64,000 nt of DNA from the human T2T-CHM13v2.0 reference genome, Homo sapiens. The stretch lies in NCBI RefSeq assembly GCF_009914755.1, contig NC_060941.1. One strand, 5' to 3'. Shown piece by piece: positions 20,068 through 35,238 of this stretch. Each line of letters starts with the position of its first letter. Position 1 is the stretch's first letter. A program made the position numbers and the translations under genes. Under the pieces are notes generated by a model. The model ran no database searches. It was not told the origin of the DNA and saw only the letters and a program-made list of their open reading frames with translations.

Positions 20068-21754
20068 TGCCCAGCTTTTAAAAATACACATTATTTTATA
20101 AAATGCCTCACTGTGTTCTGTTGCATTTTGAGTTTTCTGTCTTTTAGAAGTATGGGAAGCAAAACATTCTTCTACTATATATAAAGGGAAAATGAGGCAC
20201 AGAGAAAAGCAGTGAGTTTATTTGGCATCACAGAGTAGGAAATTAAAAGGCACCAGCTACTCATCTTTATTAGAAAATATCATGTAATCAGTATCTAACA
20301 GCCATTATTTTCATAATAAAGTGATGCTATATAAAATCAATAAATAAAAGTACCCATTTCTGCACGATATTGTATTAGAATTAACATATGTGATTTTTTT
20401 AGCCCAAGAATTTGTCTCAGTTCTATTGACTGTACTGACACAGTCAAGATAATGGCAGCATGTATCATATCCCATGAGTGATATGATTGAAATAAGCTTA
20501 ATGACAGATGGAGGAAATGCTTGCTTCTGTTTCACTCCTGTAGTCATGATAAGGGGTTTCATTTGATTAGGGTAACACCAGCTTGCATTAATGGCATGAA
20601 GAATCAGAAAGTTTCATTTTACTTTGCCATCATCATTTTGATAGCAGATTGACTCAATAAAGCTGGGGTTCCCAGAGCATTAAGTAAAATATCTCTGAGG
20701 CATCTTTGCAAAGTTATTCTGTAGCCTAGGCTGAAATACTGTGGTTATATCTTCCTTGGGGCTTCTAGTATTTTAATTATGGAGCAATTACAGAGCATTG
20801 CCTTCTTTCTTTTCACTGCTCCAGCTGAGTACCTGGGATTCTCTAAGGTAAAAGCAAAGGCCTTTCCCTGGGTCCTTGGGAAAAGCAGGGAAATCTAAGA
20901 CAATCCAGATGGATCGCGGGTCTTTTTAAACACTTTTTTAGAGATGGCATCTTGAATAATTGTCTTCAGGGCGGTGAGCCATAGTTCACTAACCAAAGTT
21001 TCATTTAAATATCATGATGAATTGGCTGCGAAAAGAGGATGGGGAGGAATGTGAAGGGATTTGTATAACAAAGAACCATAAATCATCTCCGGTACAGTGG
21101 ATCCCCTATCACTCAGCCTATGGGCTCATCAGAGGAACTGCAGGGAGAAAGATGAGAGGGAAAAGGGTCTTCCAGCTTGGGGGGCTACAGCATCCCCCAA
21201 GTTAGCAAGGTCCCAAACCAAGTCTTTCCTGAAGTATCATTCACTTATTCATCTTGGAAATATCTGTCAAGTGCCTACTATGTGCAAGGCACTATTCTAG
21301 TTGCCATTAGACTGGGAAAGTGTAAGGGTGCGGGGTAGTACTACTAAGATGAGTAGGATACAGTCCCTGCTTTACTATTTATGAGGCATTTTTATGGCAA
21401 GGCCTAGCTTCTTTGGCATTAACATTAGTACACAATTAGGGTGTGCCTAACTTTTTTAAACAGATGTATTTCTGAGCCTTTCTGGCATTAAAGTGAATGT
21501 CTATCAAGTGAATCTCTACATTCTTCATAAATCTGTCCCTGTTACCCTCAGTTGGAATTAATTTTTCTCCATCCCTGTGTTCCCATAGCCTTCTCTGTAT
21601 ATATCCTCCATCTTCCTCAGTAGGCCTATTGGAGGCAATTGTCACGGAGTGGAAAGTGGAAAGAGCATGGGCTCTGCAGCCACACGGGCTCAAATTAGAA
21701 TTCCAGCTCTACCTCTACCACTTAGTAGTTGTGTGTGATCTGGGTTAGTTTCTT

Positions 21755-22251
21755 TTTTTAAAAACAAAATTATTTCCATAGGTTTTTGGAGAATGTGGTC
21801 TTTGGTTACACAAGTAAGTTGTTTAGTGGTGATTTGTGAGATTTTGGTGCACCCATCACCAAAGCAGTGTACACTGAACCTGATTTGTAGTCTTTATCCC
21901 TCACCGCTTCCCACCCCTTCCCCCTAAGTCCTCAAAGTCATTCTTATGCCTTTGCATCCTCATAGTTTAGCTCTCACTTATAAGTGAGAATATGTGATGT
22001 CTGGTTTTCCATTCCTGAGTTACTTCACTTAGAATTATAGTCTCCAGTCCCATCCAGGTTGCTGCGAATGCTGTTAATTCATTCCTTTTTATGACTGAGT
22101 AGTATTTCATCATCTATGTATACCGCAGTTTCTTTATCCACTCGTTGATTGATGAGCATTTGGGTTGGTTCCACATTTTTGCAATTGCAAATTGTGCTGC
22201 TAAAAACATGCATGTGGAAGTATCTTTTTCATATAATGACTCCTTTTCCTC
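21755..22251 (-). mobile_element. L1PB-like 3' fragment inserted in a MIR
   Basis: TTATTTCCATAGGTTTTTGG..GATTTTGGTGCACCCATCACC signature; perfect 19-bp TSD TGATCTGGGTTAGTTTCTT at 21736-21754 and 22252-22270. Confidence 0.85.
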
Positions 22252-24829
22252 TGATCTGGGTTAGTTTCTTAACCTCTCTAAGCCCCCAGTTTCCTCCTCT
22301 GTGGCATGGGGATACTAGTTCCCATTTTGGGGGACTTCATAAGTATTAAATGAAGTAAAGAATTCAGCATTTAGAAAAATGCCTGGACTATAATAAGCAT
22401 TCAGTTGTTAATCATTGCTAGTAGGTATTTTATAGATGATCATCTTACAGGCAAGGCAACCAAAGCTCATAAAGGTTAAATAACTTAAGTGCTGTACTTT
22501 GTAATTTGAAGGAAGTATAACATTGGATTTAAGAACTTTGGAGCCATGTTACCTTGTTCACCCTCCTTTTCTGCCATTTACTGTTTATACAGCCCTGAGC
22601 CAATAATTTAATTACTCTTGGCTTTCATTTCTTTATTCATAAAATAAGGATGATGACTGATCATCTGTCACTCACTGCTTATTATGAGGATGAAAGGAGA
22701 TGATATGTGTAAAGTGCTTGGTATCTAGCATGCAGTCAGACAATAGAAGCTGCTATTATTAGCAGAAGTCACCTAGTGGCCAAGTGGCAGGACTTAGATT
22801 TAAATCTAGTGGGTCTGACTCTCAAGCACTTGCCTTTTTCTAACAAACTCACCACCAGCTCCTTTTCTGTCCGAGCTGAGATTCTGAAGACTTAGCAGAT
22901 GCTGTCAACACTTGAAATTGTTTTTTTCAAGTGTAATAAAGTCAATTGGTTGATTTTCTCTTTTGATGATTGCTTTATATTTCACAACTATATACTCACA
23001 TACCCATAATCTTGAACAGCTTTTCCTTCCTCAATCAACAGAATATGTATAATTTATAATATATATGTTTATATACTGTATATATATTTTCCAACCTCAT
23101 AAAGGAATAGCCAACATCTCAAAGGAACATACTGCTGCCTTCGCCCACATGGACTTTTCAAAACACTTGCTTGTGAAAGAAATCATCATCCCCGAGGAAG
23201 CATTACGGGGAATTTCTTGCAATAAGGAGTAGTATCAAAATTCATTTGTGGAATGAAACCCAAGTGAAAAGGAAAAGCAAGGGCTTGCCTTCTTCCTCCC
23301 TGCAAACCCTGTCTTGGAATACTTTCCCTCCCCAGCCCCAGGAGGGGCGAGAACAGTAGGGTCAAGGGGTGGTGACCAGGTTAGCGACAAGGGCAACAGA
23401 GGGAGGAGACAAAAGAGCAGAAAGTGGAGGCTGCTACCCGAATGCCTGAGCATGTTTCTTTGCTGAAAGAGAATGGCAGGACAACGACTCAAACTGAGAG
23501 AAGAGGGTGGAGGGGGAAGAGGACAGCTAATGGATGGGGTGGCCCAGCAGGGGTCAGAGGTCATGAGGGCACACAGTGAACTAATTGGCCACTCTGCATA
23601 TTCACTTTCTGCTTCTAGCCTACAGCTGGGCCTTGAGAGAAAGGCCTGGGGGTGAAGCTGGCTTTATTTACACCATAGATTTGAGGCCAACTGGTGAAAA
23701 GCAACCAAAACCGAAAAGGGAGACAAGAACTCTCTTTCCTCCTGTAGGAACATCTGACCAGGGGTAGCCTTTTGCAAAAGAAAATGTGAAAGATTTCACT
23801 TCATTCATTCATACATTCATTCATTTATTCTTCATCATCATCGTCATCATCTCCACATGTTAATTGGATGCTCCAAGAAATGTTACCAGATGGAGAAGGA
23901 TTATAGACACCTTTAACTTGGAACATAGATGATTAGAGTTAAATTTGGGCTTTTGAGATCATCTAGTTCAGCTCTCTTGTTTTATACTTAAGGAAAAGAG
24001 AAAACAATTTACTCAAGCTCACAGGAAAGTAGCAGAGGAGGGAGCAGAGCTCAGATCTTCTCCAAATTCAGAGATTTTTCTAGTACACATTTCTCAGAAA
24101 CATAGTAGATGAAAACTTGTGTTGACTGGTGTGATTAACAGCTCAGCCTCTGGGTCAAACAGACTGGGCCAGAACGCCAGTTACTAGCTCTGTAAACTTA
24201 GAACACTTAATCTTTCAAAGAATCAGTTTGTAGAAAAATACAATTGTTATGTGAATCAAGAGAGGTAAATGCATGTAGAGTGAGTACATGCTTTACAATA
24301 ACTATGACTATTGCTATTACTTTAGAGCCCGGTATAGACTGTGCTTTTGATGATAAACATGTAACACAATGAACATTTCTCTTGCCATATATAATCTCTA
24401 TGGGCCTGCCGTCCCAAGATGAAAATCCTCCTTCCTCCTCAGTTTAGAGACCCATGAAGGTAGGAGGGAAACTTTAGAGGCCTGTCTGAACCTTTTACAG
24501 ACAGAGCTGCCCAAATTTGGAATGAGCCAACTTTCAAAGAGTCAATATATGGGAAGGGCTTAAAGGGCCAGGCACATAGTTAGCACTCAGTAAGGGTTAG
24601 TTATTGTTATTATTACTGGTAAGGAGGGAGTTCTTTGTCACTGCACGGGTTCAAGCATAAGGCTGGCTTACCCTTTGTCAGGAATGTTTAAGGGAGATTC
24701 ATGGATTGGACAGAGTAACCTGGGCTCAGCTTTTCTGTTATTCTGCTTTCCAGAGACTTTGTTTCACCCTCTTCAAAGGTCTGGCTGCATGAAGCAAGGA
24801 AGGGAATCTGGGAACCTAACTGTTTTTCA

Positions 24830-25148
<319 letters not shown>

Positions 25149-25213
25149 ATTTCCATCAGTCTTTATATTTTTCACTCCACCTTCATCCTTATCGTCTGAG
25201 GTACCTGGTAGAC

Positions 25214-25465
25214 TGTTGTGGAGGGAATGTTTGTGTTTCCCCAAAATTAATATGCTGAATCCCTAGCCCCCAGTGTGATGGTATTTGAAGGTGAGGCCTT
25301 TGGGGAGTAATGAGTAATTAGGTTTAGATTAAGTCATGAGGGTAGGACTCTCTTGGTGGGATTAGTGCCCTTTTAAGAAGAGGAAGAGAGAGAGTTCTGT
25401 CTCCACGAGCAAGGAAAGGCCACGTGAGGACATAGCAAAATGGCAATTGTCTGCAAACCAAGAAA
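25214..25465 (+). mobile_element. MLT1A-like LTR, 5' half only
   Basis: GAATGTTTGTGT..CCCCAAAATT..GTGATGGTATTTG..GGGATTAGTGCCCTT motifs; ends abruptly at an Alu fragment. Confidence 0.75.
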
Positions 25466-25544
25466 CACACCACTGCATTCCAGCCTGGGTGACAGAGATA
25501 GAACCTGTTTCAAAATAAAAACAAAAACAACCCACCCCCCCCAA

Positions 25545-26150
25545 GTGTCTTAGCCATTCTTGACTCTTTTCTAGTTCATATTTGAAGATTAGTTTGTAAG
25601 TTTTTTATATACTATATATAAATATAAATGTAGCCAAGTTGGGATTTTTTTTTTTTTTTGGTATTGCGTTGAATTTATAGATAAATTTGGGGGACGATTG
25701 ACTGTGTTTATAATAGTGGGTATTTCTGTTCACAAACATGGTATATTGTTCTATTTATTTAGGGCTTCTTTTATGTCCGCCAATAAAGTTTTATCATTTT
25801 CTTCATTTGGGTTAATACTTCTTTTATTAGATCTATTGCTAATACCTTTTAGTTTTTGCAGATATGTAACAGGGTCTCTTTAAGATTACATTTTCTAATT
25901 AGTTTTGCAGGTGTATAGGAATGCATCTGACTTTTTGTATATTGATTCTGAATCCAGCAACCTTGAGCAATCCTTTCAGTCGTTCTGATAGCTTGTCTAT
26001 ACATTATCTTGGATTCTCTATGTAAACAATCATATTGTCAACAAATAGCAACAATTTTATTTTTTCCTTTCCAATCCTTATGCCTGTTTATTTCCTTGCC
26101 TTATTGCATTGGCTGGGATAGCCAGTAAAATGCAATGAAATGAATGCAGG
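25545..26150 (-). mobile_element. Old L1M ORF2 fragment
   Basis: T-rich antisense L1 motifs (GTATTGCGTTGAATTTATAGATAAATTTGGGG, CCTTATTGCATTGGCT). Confidence 0.7.
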
Positions 26151-26367
26151 TGGTGAAAGCGGATAGCTGTTAAAGGGACATGCCACCTTAACAGGCATAT
26201 ATCACCAGAGCTATTGGCTTTAGAGCTATGCTGTGCCTGCCAGACCTGTACCAGCAAAATGTATGTATCTTTGGTGTTCAAAATGTATACACCTTTGGTG
26301 TTTGAGAATAGGTATTTCTATTCTCATTTAATAGATAAAGAAACAGAAACTCAAAGAAGTAACCAGG

Positions 26368-26482
26368 TCTGTAAACCCCGCACTTTGAGAGGCTGAGGCA
26401 GAAGGGATTGTTTGAAGCCAGGAGATTGAGACCAGCCTGCACAATATAAGGAGACCTTGTCTCTGCAAAAAATTTAAAAAAC
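26368..26482 (+). mobile_element. Truncated Alu monomer in a MIR
   Basis: Monomer flanked by AGAAACTCAAAGA(A/G)GTAA duplication. Confidence 0.75.
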
Positions 26483-26669
26483 AAAAGAAACTCAAAGAGG
26501 TAAGTAACTTGCTAAAGACCACACAGTTTATAAGTGGGAGATTCACACCCAGATCTTCCGATTTCCAGTTGAATGCCATTTCCATGATTCCACACTTCCT
26601 TCCAGCTAGTTACCTGATAAATCTATCTGTGCTAATATGTTGCCCATCCCAGATAACATATTGCATTTT

Positions 26670-26841
26670 ATCTTATTATTTATTTACTTATTTATTTTTT
26701 TGAGGCGGAGTCTTGCTCTGTCGCCCAGGCTGGAGTGCAGATCATGGCTCACTGCAGCTGTGAACTCCTGGGCTCAAGCAGTCCTCCCACCATGGCCTCC
26801 CGAAGTGTTGGGATTATAGGTATGAGCTACCACGCCTGGCC
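26670..26841 (-). mobile_element. Internally deleted Alu or monomer
   Basis: Alu ends present, middle missing. Confidence 0.75.
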
Positions 26842-26989
26842 GTAGAATGCATTTTAAAAGAGATACTTCAGAACAAACAATGCTTTTACCCATTTAAATG
26901 AGTTTTTAACAGTGGGAGTTTTAGGCAAGTTTTAGGCAAGTATTTTGCCTTAACAGAAGACTCTGCCTATTTATAATTTTTTAAAAACA

Positions 26990-28000
26990 GATTCATTGAC
27001 TCTTAGAGTTGAATGGCTTCTTGTCTCATCCAACCCACTATGTAATGTAGTTATCCCTGTATTGCATCCATGACAGATCATCCTCCGGCATTTACCAACT
27101 GCCAGGGACGGGTTCACCTCACCAGCAAGCTGTTGAATAAATTCTCATGTGAATCCACAATCTGCCCACTGATCTAGAGAGTTGTTTTCTCCTTTACCTG
27201 ACAGCTCTTCACATGTTTGTTAGTTTCTCAGACTACCTGTCTCTAGGAGGTTTAGTTATTGTCTGAATGAGATAGTTTCCAGACTTCTCACTATCCTGGT
27301 CATTCTCCTCTCAGTGCTTTCTAGTTGGCAAATGTCCCTCTTGAAAATGTTGCCTAGGCCGGGTGCAGTGGCTCACGCCTATAATCCCAGCACTTTGGGA
27401 GGTCGGGATAGGTGGATCCCTTGAGCTCAGGAGTTCAAGACCAGCCTGGGCAACGTGGCAAAAACCTGTCTCTACAAAAAATACAAAAATTAGATGGGGC
27501 TGGGTTTGGTGGCTCATGCCTGCACTCTCAGCACTTTGGGAGGCCAACATGGGAGGACTGCTTGAGGCCAAGAGTTCGAGACCAGCCTGGGCAACATGGT
27601 GAAACCCCATCTCTATAAAAAAAAGTACAAAAAGTAGCCGGGTATGGTGGCATGCACCTTAGTCCCAGCTACTTGGGAGGCTGAGGTGGGAGGATTGCTT
27701 GAGCAGGGGAGGGGAAGGTTGCAGTGAGCTAAGATCGCACTGCTGCCTCCAGCCTGGGTGACAGAGTGAGTCTCTGTCTCAAGAAAAAAAAAAAAAAGAA
27801 AGAAAACAAAAGTAAAGAAAATGATGGCTAGGTTTTTAAGATGTATTTGGATTGCAAACAAAGTGGGCCTCATATCATCTGGACACAGTTACTTCTATTG
27901 ATGCTGTCTAGATTTGTGTCTTTAGTAGCTATGACACACTGCTTATTTGTGGTGAGTTTAGGGTTAATTAAGCCCTCCATATATTTTTTATTTGAACTGC
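26990..28000 (-). mobile_element. Probable CR1/L3 fragment, interrupted by Alus
   Basis: Degenerate TCTTAGAGTTGAA..CATCCAACCC and AATGTCCCTCTTGAAAATG motifs. Confidence 0.45.
27357..27817 (+). mobile_element. Trimeric Alu (left arm + left arm + right arm)
   Basis: Two successive left monomers then a right monomer; flanked by GAAAATG(T/A)TG(C/G)CTAGG. Confidence 0.85.
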
Positions 28001-28531
28001 ATTTCTGAAAATATACTATTTGTATGTTAAAAAAGAGAAGAAAAATGCTTCTGAAGACAGGAATTTATATATATCCTCACTAAATTTAATAATTTGTGTG
28101 GTTACTTCATAATTGGCCATCTATAAATGTGATCAAGCATGCCTTCTGTATATAGAGCGAGGCCTGCACTTGCAGAATGCAAAGACAAATTGTCCTGCAT
28201 TGCCTAATCATTCAGACCAGAAGCCATGGAGGTATATTTGTTTGTTTTTAATCTTTCATCCCCTATGCCCTTTCCTGCAGCACTCTGGAGCTCTCCAAGA
28301 CAGAGCAAAGTCTGTGGGGAAGGAACCAGGACAGAAATCTACTCTGTTTTGGAGACAAATGGGGCAGCACCTGCAGCTTGGAGGCTGCAGCAGGTTACCA
28401 GGAAACACCTGCTTGGTCAGGGGTAGGGAAAGTCATTAGGACTGCTGTCCCAGGACAGAATAAAATACCATCCTCAAATTTCAGAACACTGGTACATTGG
28501 GATTTTTACTATAGAATTAAAATTCAATTTC

Positions 28532-28823
28532 TTTTTTTTTTGAGATGGAACCTTGCTCTGTCACCCAGGCCGGAGTGCAGTGGCGCAATCTTGGCTCACT
28601 GCACCTCTGCCTCCCGGGTTCAAGCGATTCTCATGCCTCAGCCTCCCAGGTGGCTGGGATTACAGGCGTGCACCACCACACCCAGTTAATTTTTGTATTT
28701 TTAGTAGAGACGGTGTTTTGCCATGTTGGCCAAACTAGTCTTGAACTCCTGGCCTCAAGTGATCCACCTGCCTCGGCCTCCCAAAGTGCTGGGATTGCAG
28801 GCGTGAGCCACCACTTCCAGCCT
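28532..28823 (-). mobile_element. AluS
   Basis: Full dimer, TSD TCAATTTCTT. Confidence 0.92.
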
Positions 28824-30203
28824 CAATTTCTTACATGAAACCACTTCATGAATTTTTAAAAAACTTACTTGATGTTGGAAGATCCACAGGAAGGGAAGGG
28901 GCGGCAGGAGTGCTCTCCTCAGCTCAGTCTCACACCTCCTGGTTTAGTGGGATTGGCATCCACCCTTCCATCTGACTAGCACAAATCAACTTCGAGATAT
29001 GTTTTTGAGACCGAAATCCTAGCTACCCATATCTCCCTTCTGCCTATCCTGCTCAAAAACTCATACTTACAAATCAATAGACATCCTCCACCCCAACACA
29101 TGCTCCTCATCTTCAATAAATACTTGTAACTTTGCCTGTGTAATATTCACAAGGACAGTGTTGTACGTGTCTAGCATTGACAGTGCAATAATAAAAACTG
29201 CAAGCATGTGGCACTTGTGATGTGCCACCCACTGTTCTAAGCACTTTATAGATGTGAACTCATTTCATGACGTTAATTCATTTCATCCAAAGGACAACAG
29301 TCCTGTGTGGTACATAATGTTATTATCTTTGTTTTACAGTTGAGGAAACTGAGGCACAGAGATTAAGTGTTTGTCCAAGGTCACATGGCTAAAAGTGGCA
29401 GAGTGGGATTGGAGTTCATGCAGTCCAGCTCCAGTGCTCTTAACCACTATCTTACACTGTCTCACTAAATTGTGGAGGGAGCTGCAATGGATATCTGTGT
29501 GGGGTGTGCAGCCCCAGTCCTGGGTTTTCGTCCATAAGCTGTTCTTTGCCAAATGATTTCTAATTATAATAACCAAGAACATGATTACTTTCTTAGGATA
29601 GGAACTGCCAGCAGGCTTTAGCTCCTTTCCAGATGAGGAAACGTAGGCTCGGAGTGTTAGTGTAGTCAGGGTCACATAGGGAATAAGTGACAGAAACAAG
29701 AATGTGAACCCAGCTCAGGGTGACTTTAGTGTCCAGACACCTCCGCTTAACCTACAATGTCACAATGGTGAGGTCAAATATTCAGAAAGAGCTTAGACAC
29801 TCTCCATACCCTCTTTTTCATGGGCTAGAGAATACATGGAGGCCTTTCTTCAGGGAAAAAATCATCATAATCATTACCAAAGCATCTTGTCGAAGATCCA
29901 CTGGGTGCTGGATGCTATAATGTGGGGTTTTTTTAAACTTCAATATGAGGATCCCCGAAAGTATGAGTGTTTCATCATCAACTTGGCAGAAGTTAGCTGA
30001 AGGGTATGTAAGCCTCCTGTCCTAAGATAGGTTTCTTCATTTCTTGAGCTGACAGGTTGAATTAAGTTACTGCTTCTCATATATAGCTCTCTGGCTTTTG
30101 CTTTAATTTTATTTTTTAAACTGGTGATAGCAGCAATAGGAGGCCCTTGCTTTTAGATCAAGCATAGCTTTATTTTTTTTCAGGATGCAAGTCAAGAGCA
30201 TAG

Positions 30204-30800
<597 letters not shown>

Positions 30801-30964
30801 TGAGGTGGGCCTGTTCTGTCTGCTCTGAGTCCTGGCTGGGTCAGTCTTTCCAGGAGTGTGGGGATACGGTTTCTATCAGGCATGCCCAACATATCCCCCT
30901 GGTCTTGGATCAGCAGGGCAGGCTGGCAGGAATGCCTACCTCAGAGCCCCTAAGCAGGGTTTAG

Positions 30965-31486
<522 letters not shown>

Positions 31487-34113
31487 TGAAGCCTCACTGC
31501 GTTTATTAACTCCACCTGCCTACCCGGGCCTGGTGTGTTTGATGTCTCGGGAGAAGCAGGAGGAGGGAGGCATGCTCTGGGGGTCCTCCGAGGGACATCT
31601 TTCAGCCCCTGCTGAGCCTGCCATCCCACCTGGTCTGAACAGAAGGAAAACCAGGCCCAAGTCCAGAAGGGCTAGTGACAGGCCTGTAGTGAAGGGGACA
31701 CCTAGTCCCCCTCCCTTCAAGGTAGTTTACAGGAGTGTGTTCCAGGGCCAGTTGGAGAGCAGGCTGCTTCCCTTGGTCATTGTCTTTATTCAGGTGGCAT
31801 CCGGTGAGAATGAAAGTCAAGGGAAGACTTGAAGAGAGAAAGAGGCATCCAGAGGCAGCACTGGTGCCTTAAGGGGCCACAGCAGGTCTCTCCACTTTGC
31901 CCTGAGGTCCCCAATCACGCCTCTGCCAGGTGCCTCCCCAACTCCTGCCCCATGCTTCACCCCTTCTCCCCACCAAAGCAGCATGAGTGGGCAATTTGCC
32001 ATTTCCCAGCGACAGCTCAGAAGCCTTAGGTAATGACCAGAGACATTCCCCACCCACCCCCTACTCACACTCAATAAAATGCACTGATGAGGAATCCATG
32101 GAGTGGGGAAGAAAGTTCTAGAGAGCAGGAGCCTGCATAAAACAATGCTCGCCTCTCTGGGCTTGCCTTGCCCCAGGATTTCACTATGTTCCAAATCATG
32201 TTTTATTACCTTTCAGGGTTGGGCCATGGGAATGGGATAAGAAGCAAAGCATTATTATTAACCAGTTCCATGTCCCATACAATATTAGCCATGAATAGCT
32301 CCATCTCTCCCCCACAATTTCCCTATCAGCCACATTCTAATGCCCCCCACCCCCAACACCGCTCTCTAGTCTGTCTGTCTGCCTGCTCCCCCTGCCCCTG
32401 ACATGTTGCAATTCAGAAAGAGCTTGTTTATGATAAGACCTTGAAATCTGGAGTTATAAATCCTGCCCAGGGCGGCCGCCCTATCTCTGTGCTAATGCTT
32501 GTGGTGCCAAAAGGAGGCTCACCTGGTTGTGACCCAGTCCCTCTTACTCCCTGAGGAGTTCCCTGCTCCTCCTCTGCAAACACAGGACAATGGGCAAATG
32601 GGAGTTACCTGTTCCAACAGGTGTTAGCTGGGCCTCACTTTCCTACAGGGTGATGAGAAGGTCACCCTCTGGCCCGCCCACGCTGGGCATTCCTGTGACT
32701 GTGAAAGCCCACCTTCGAACATGACCCTCCCTCTCCCCCACCCTCCCATGACTTCAGCTACAGGAGACTGAGCCCACCTCAATGGCTTTAAAAGTCCCCA
32801 CTTGAAGCTTCTGAGTCCACCAACTAGAGAGCAGGCAGCACCTGCACTGGCTGGAGGGCCCTTGTGCTGCCTCTTTATTCTGTACAGGCCTCTGTCATTG
32901 TGTTTACACCATATTGCAGTTGGCAGTTGTTAGCCTTCCCTACTAAGCTATGGGCCCCTTAAGGGAAGACACTGTTTCTGATTCATCATTGAATTCCTAG
33001 GCCCAAAAGACTGCACAGAACATAAATATTTGTTAAATGACTAGGTGAATGGTGTCATCATTACCAGCACATATTTCTTCAGGGTATCTTATGTGCAGCG
33101 AACCTGCTAAGCAGTAGGGATACAAAGATTAATTGGACACCATTCCCACTCTCAGGGGCTTATGCTGGAGTCGGGGAGACCCACTGAAGCTTCACTTCCC
33201 TAGAGGTCAGAGGAAGAGCTGGATCTGGGGACCCCAGGAAGCTGCTTTGACAACCAGAGGCCTAGGGTCTTGGGAAAGTTTGCCCAGAGTGAACTTACCA
33301 CAGATGCCAGAGACTCAGATACCTACTCACCATTGGTCTTGGTACATTCCAGAGTGGAGGTGATAACTTGCCAACTAACAGCATGTGGAGCCTTTTCCTT
33401 TGTGACTTGTATCCTCCTCTCAACAATGGGAATAAAAGTAATTTCTAGTATCTTCACTTGGAATGGATTTTTCAGCCCTTTAGCTCTGGGAAGAAAAGAA
33501 GTGAAACTGGCCCCCACTGGGCCCTAGCTGGAGCTGTACTTGTTAGCTCTGCCCCATACCATTTGGTTTAGGCTGCCTGTGGATTTGAGGCCACAGCTGC
33601 CTCCACCCTCAGGAGGAAGGAACGAGGAGGTCCAGGCATCTGTCTGGAGTTCAGTTCATCCCAACACACATTAATTGAATGCCTCATCTGTGCCAAGCAT
33701 GCTGGACAGTGGGAATAGAGAAATTAACATCGTGGGTGTAGCTCCTCCTTTCAGACAGGGACTGATATCTCTGAGAACCTGTGGGAAGAAGGACAACCAG
33801 TTGATCTCTTGAGGACTGAGAGTCAGCCCACATGATATGAGAGGCTGTTGCATCCCAATGCCATTGTCTCATGGAGGGGACCTTTACTGTGTGGAGTGGG
33901 GGCCTAGCAGTGTATGTGTGGGCAGTGTGGTGCAGTGTCCATGGGTGGTGTTTTCTGTGTGGCTGTTTGCAGTCAGCGCTTTTGAAGCTTTTCATGTGAA
34001 GTACCATTAGTGGCAGAGAGTGAATTCACACTTCACAAGGGGCATGGGGTTTTAGATCACTGCACACAGAAACTTTCTTCGAAGCCCCATGTTTTGTCTT
34101 AAAAGTATGTTTA

Positions 34114-34414
<301 letters not shown>

Positions 34415-34896
34415 TTAAATTTTCTATTTTCTACCATAATCCATCTGTTTGCTTTTATTGAAAAATGCAGTTAACATTTCTTATATCTGAATAAAATGGA
34501 CATTCCAGGAAGATAAGCCATCTTTCCTGTGACTTCTTGCAACCTCTGGCTCACAGCCCTATTACCCTAGCTTGAGAAGCTTGCCTTTTGGGACATCAGG
34601 CCCAGATGTACCACATTCAGGGTGCCACCCCAAAGTGGATTTCTAACACACTTGCATGGTCCATGCCCGTGACCTGGAAACACTGTTCTGGATTTGGCCT
34701 ATGCTGCCCTGGTCACACACTCCTTCAGTCAGACCCCACAGGACCATCCCTCCACCTCTCGGCTTATCCTGGTCCCTACAGCAGGGTTTGGAGATCAGGT
34801 GGCCAGTGACCATATTCCCCAGATGTCTGGGGCAATGGCCATCAATCTTTTTGTAGTCTCCTTCACAGAGAATGAGTAGGGCAGAAGCAGCAGTGA

Positions 34897-35238
<342 letters not shown>

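Noticed and set aside
22407-22419. HNF1-like site GTTAATCATTGCT suggesting autoregulation
   Set aside because: Single imperfect motif at a MIR edge with no supporting context
22765-22782. CTCF-like motif (also 58386-58400 and ~58610)
   Set aside because: Each has mismatches at core positions; cannot be called without a PWM scan or ChIP
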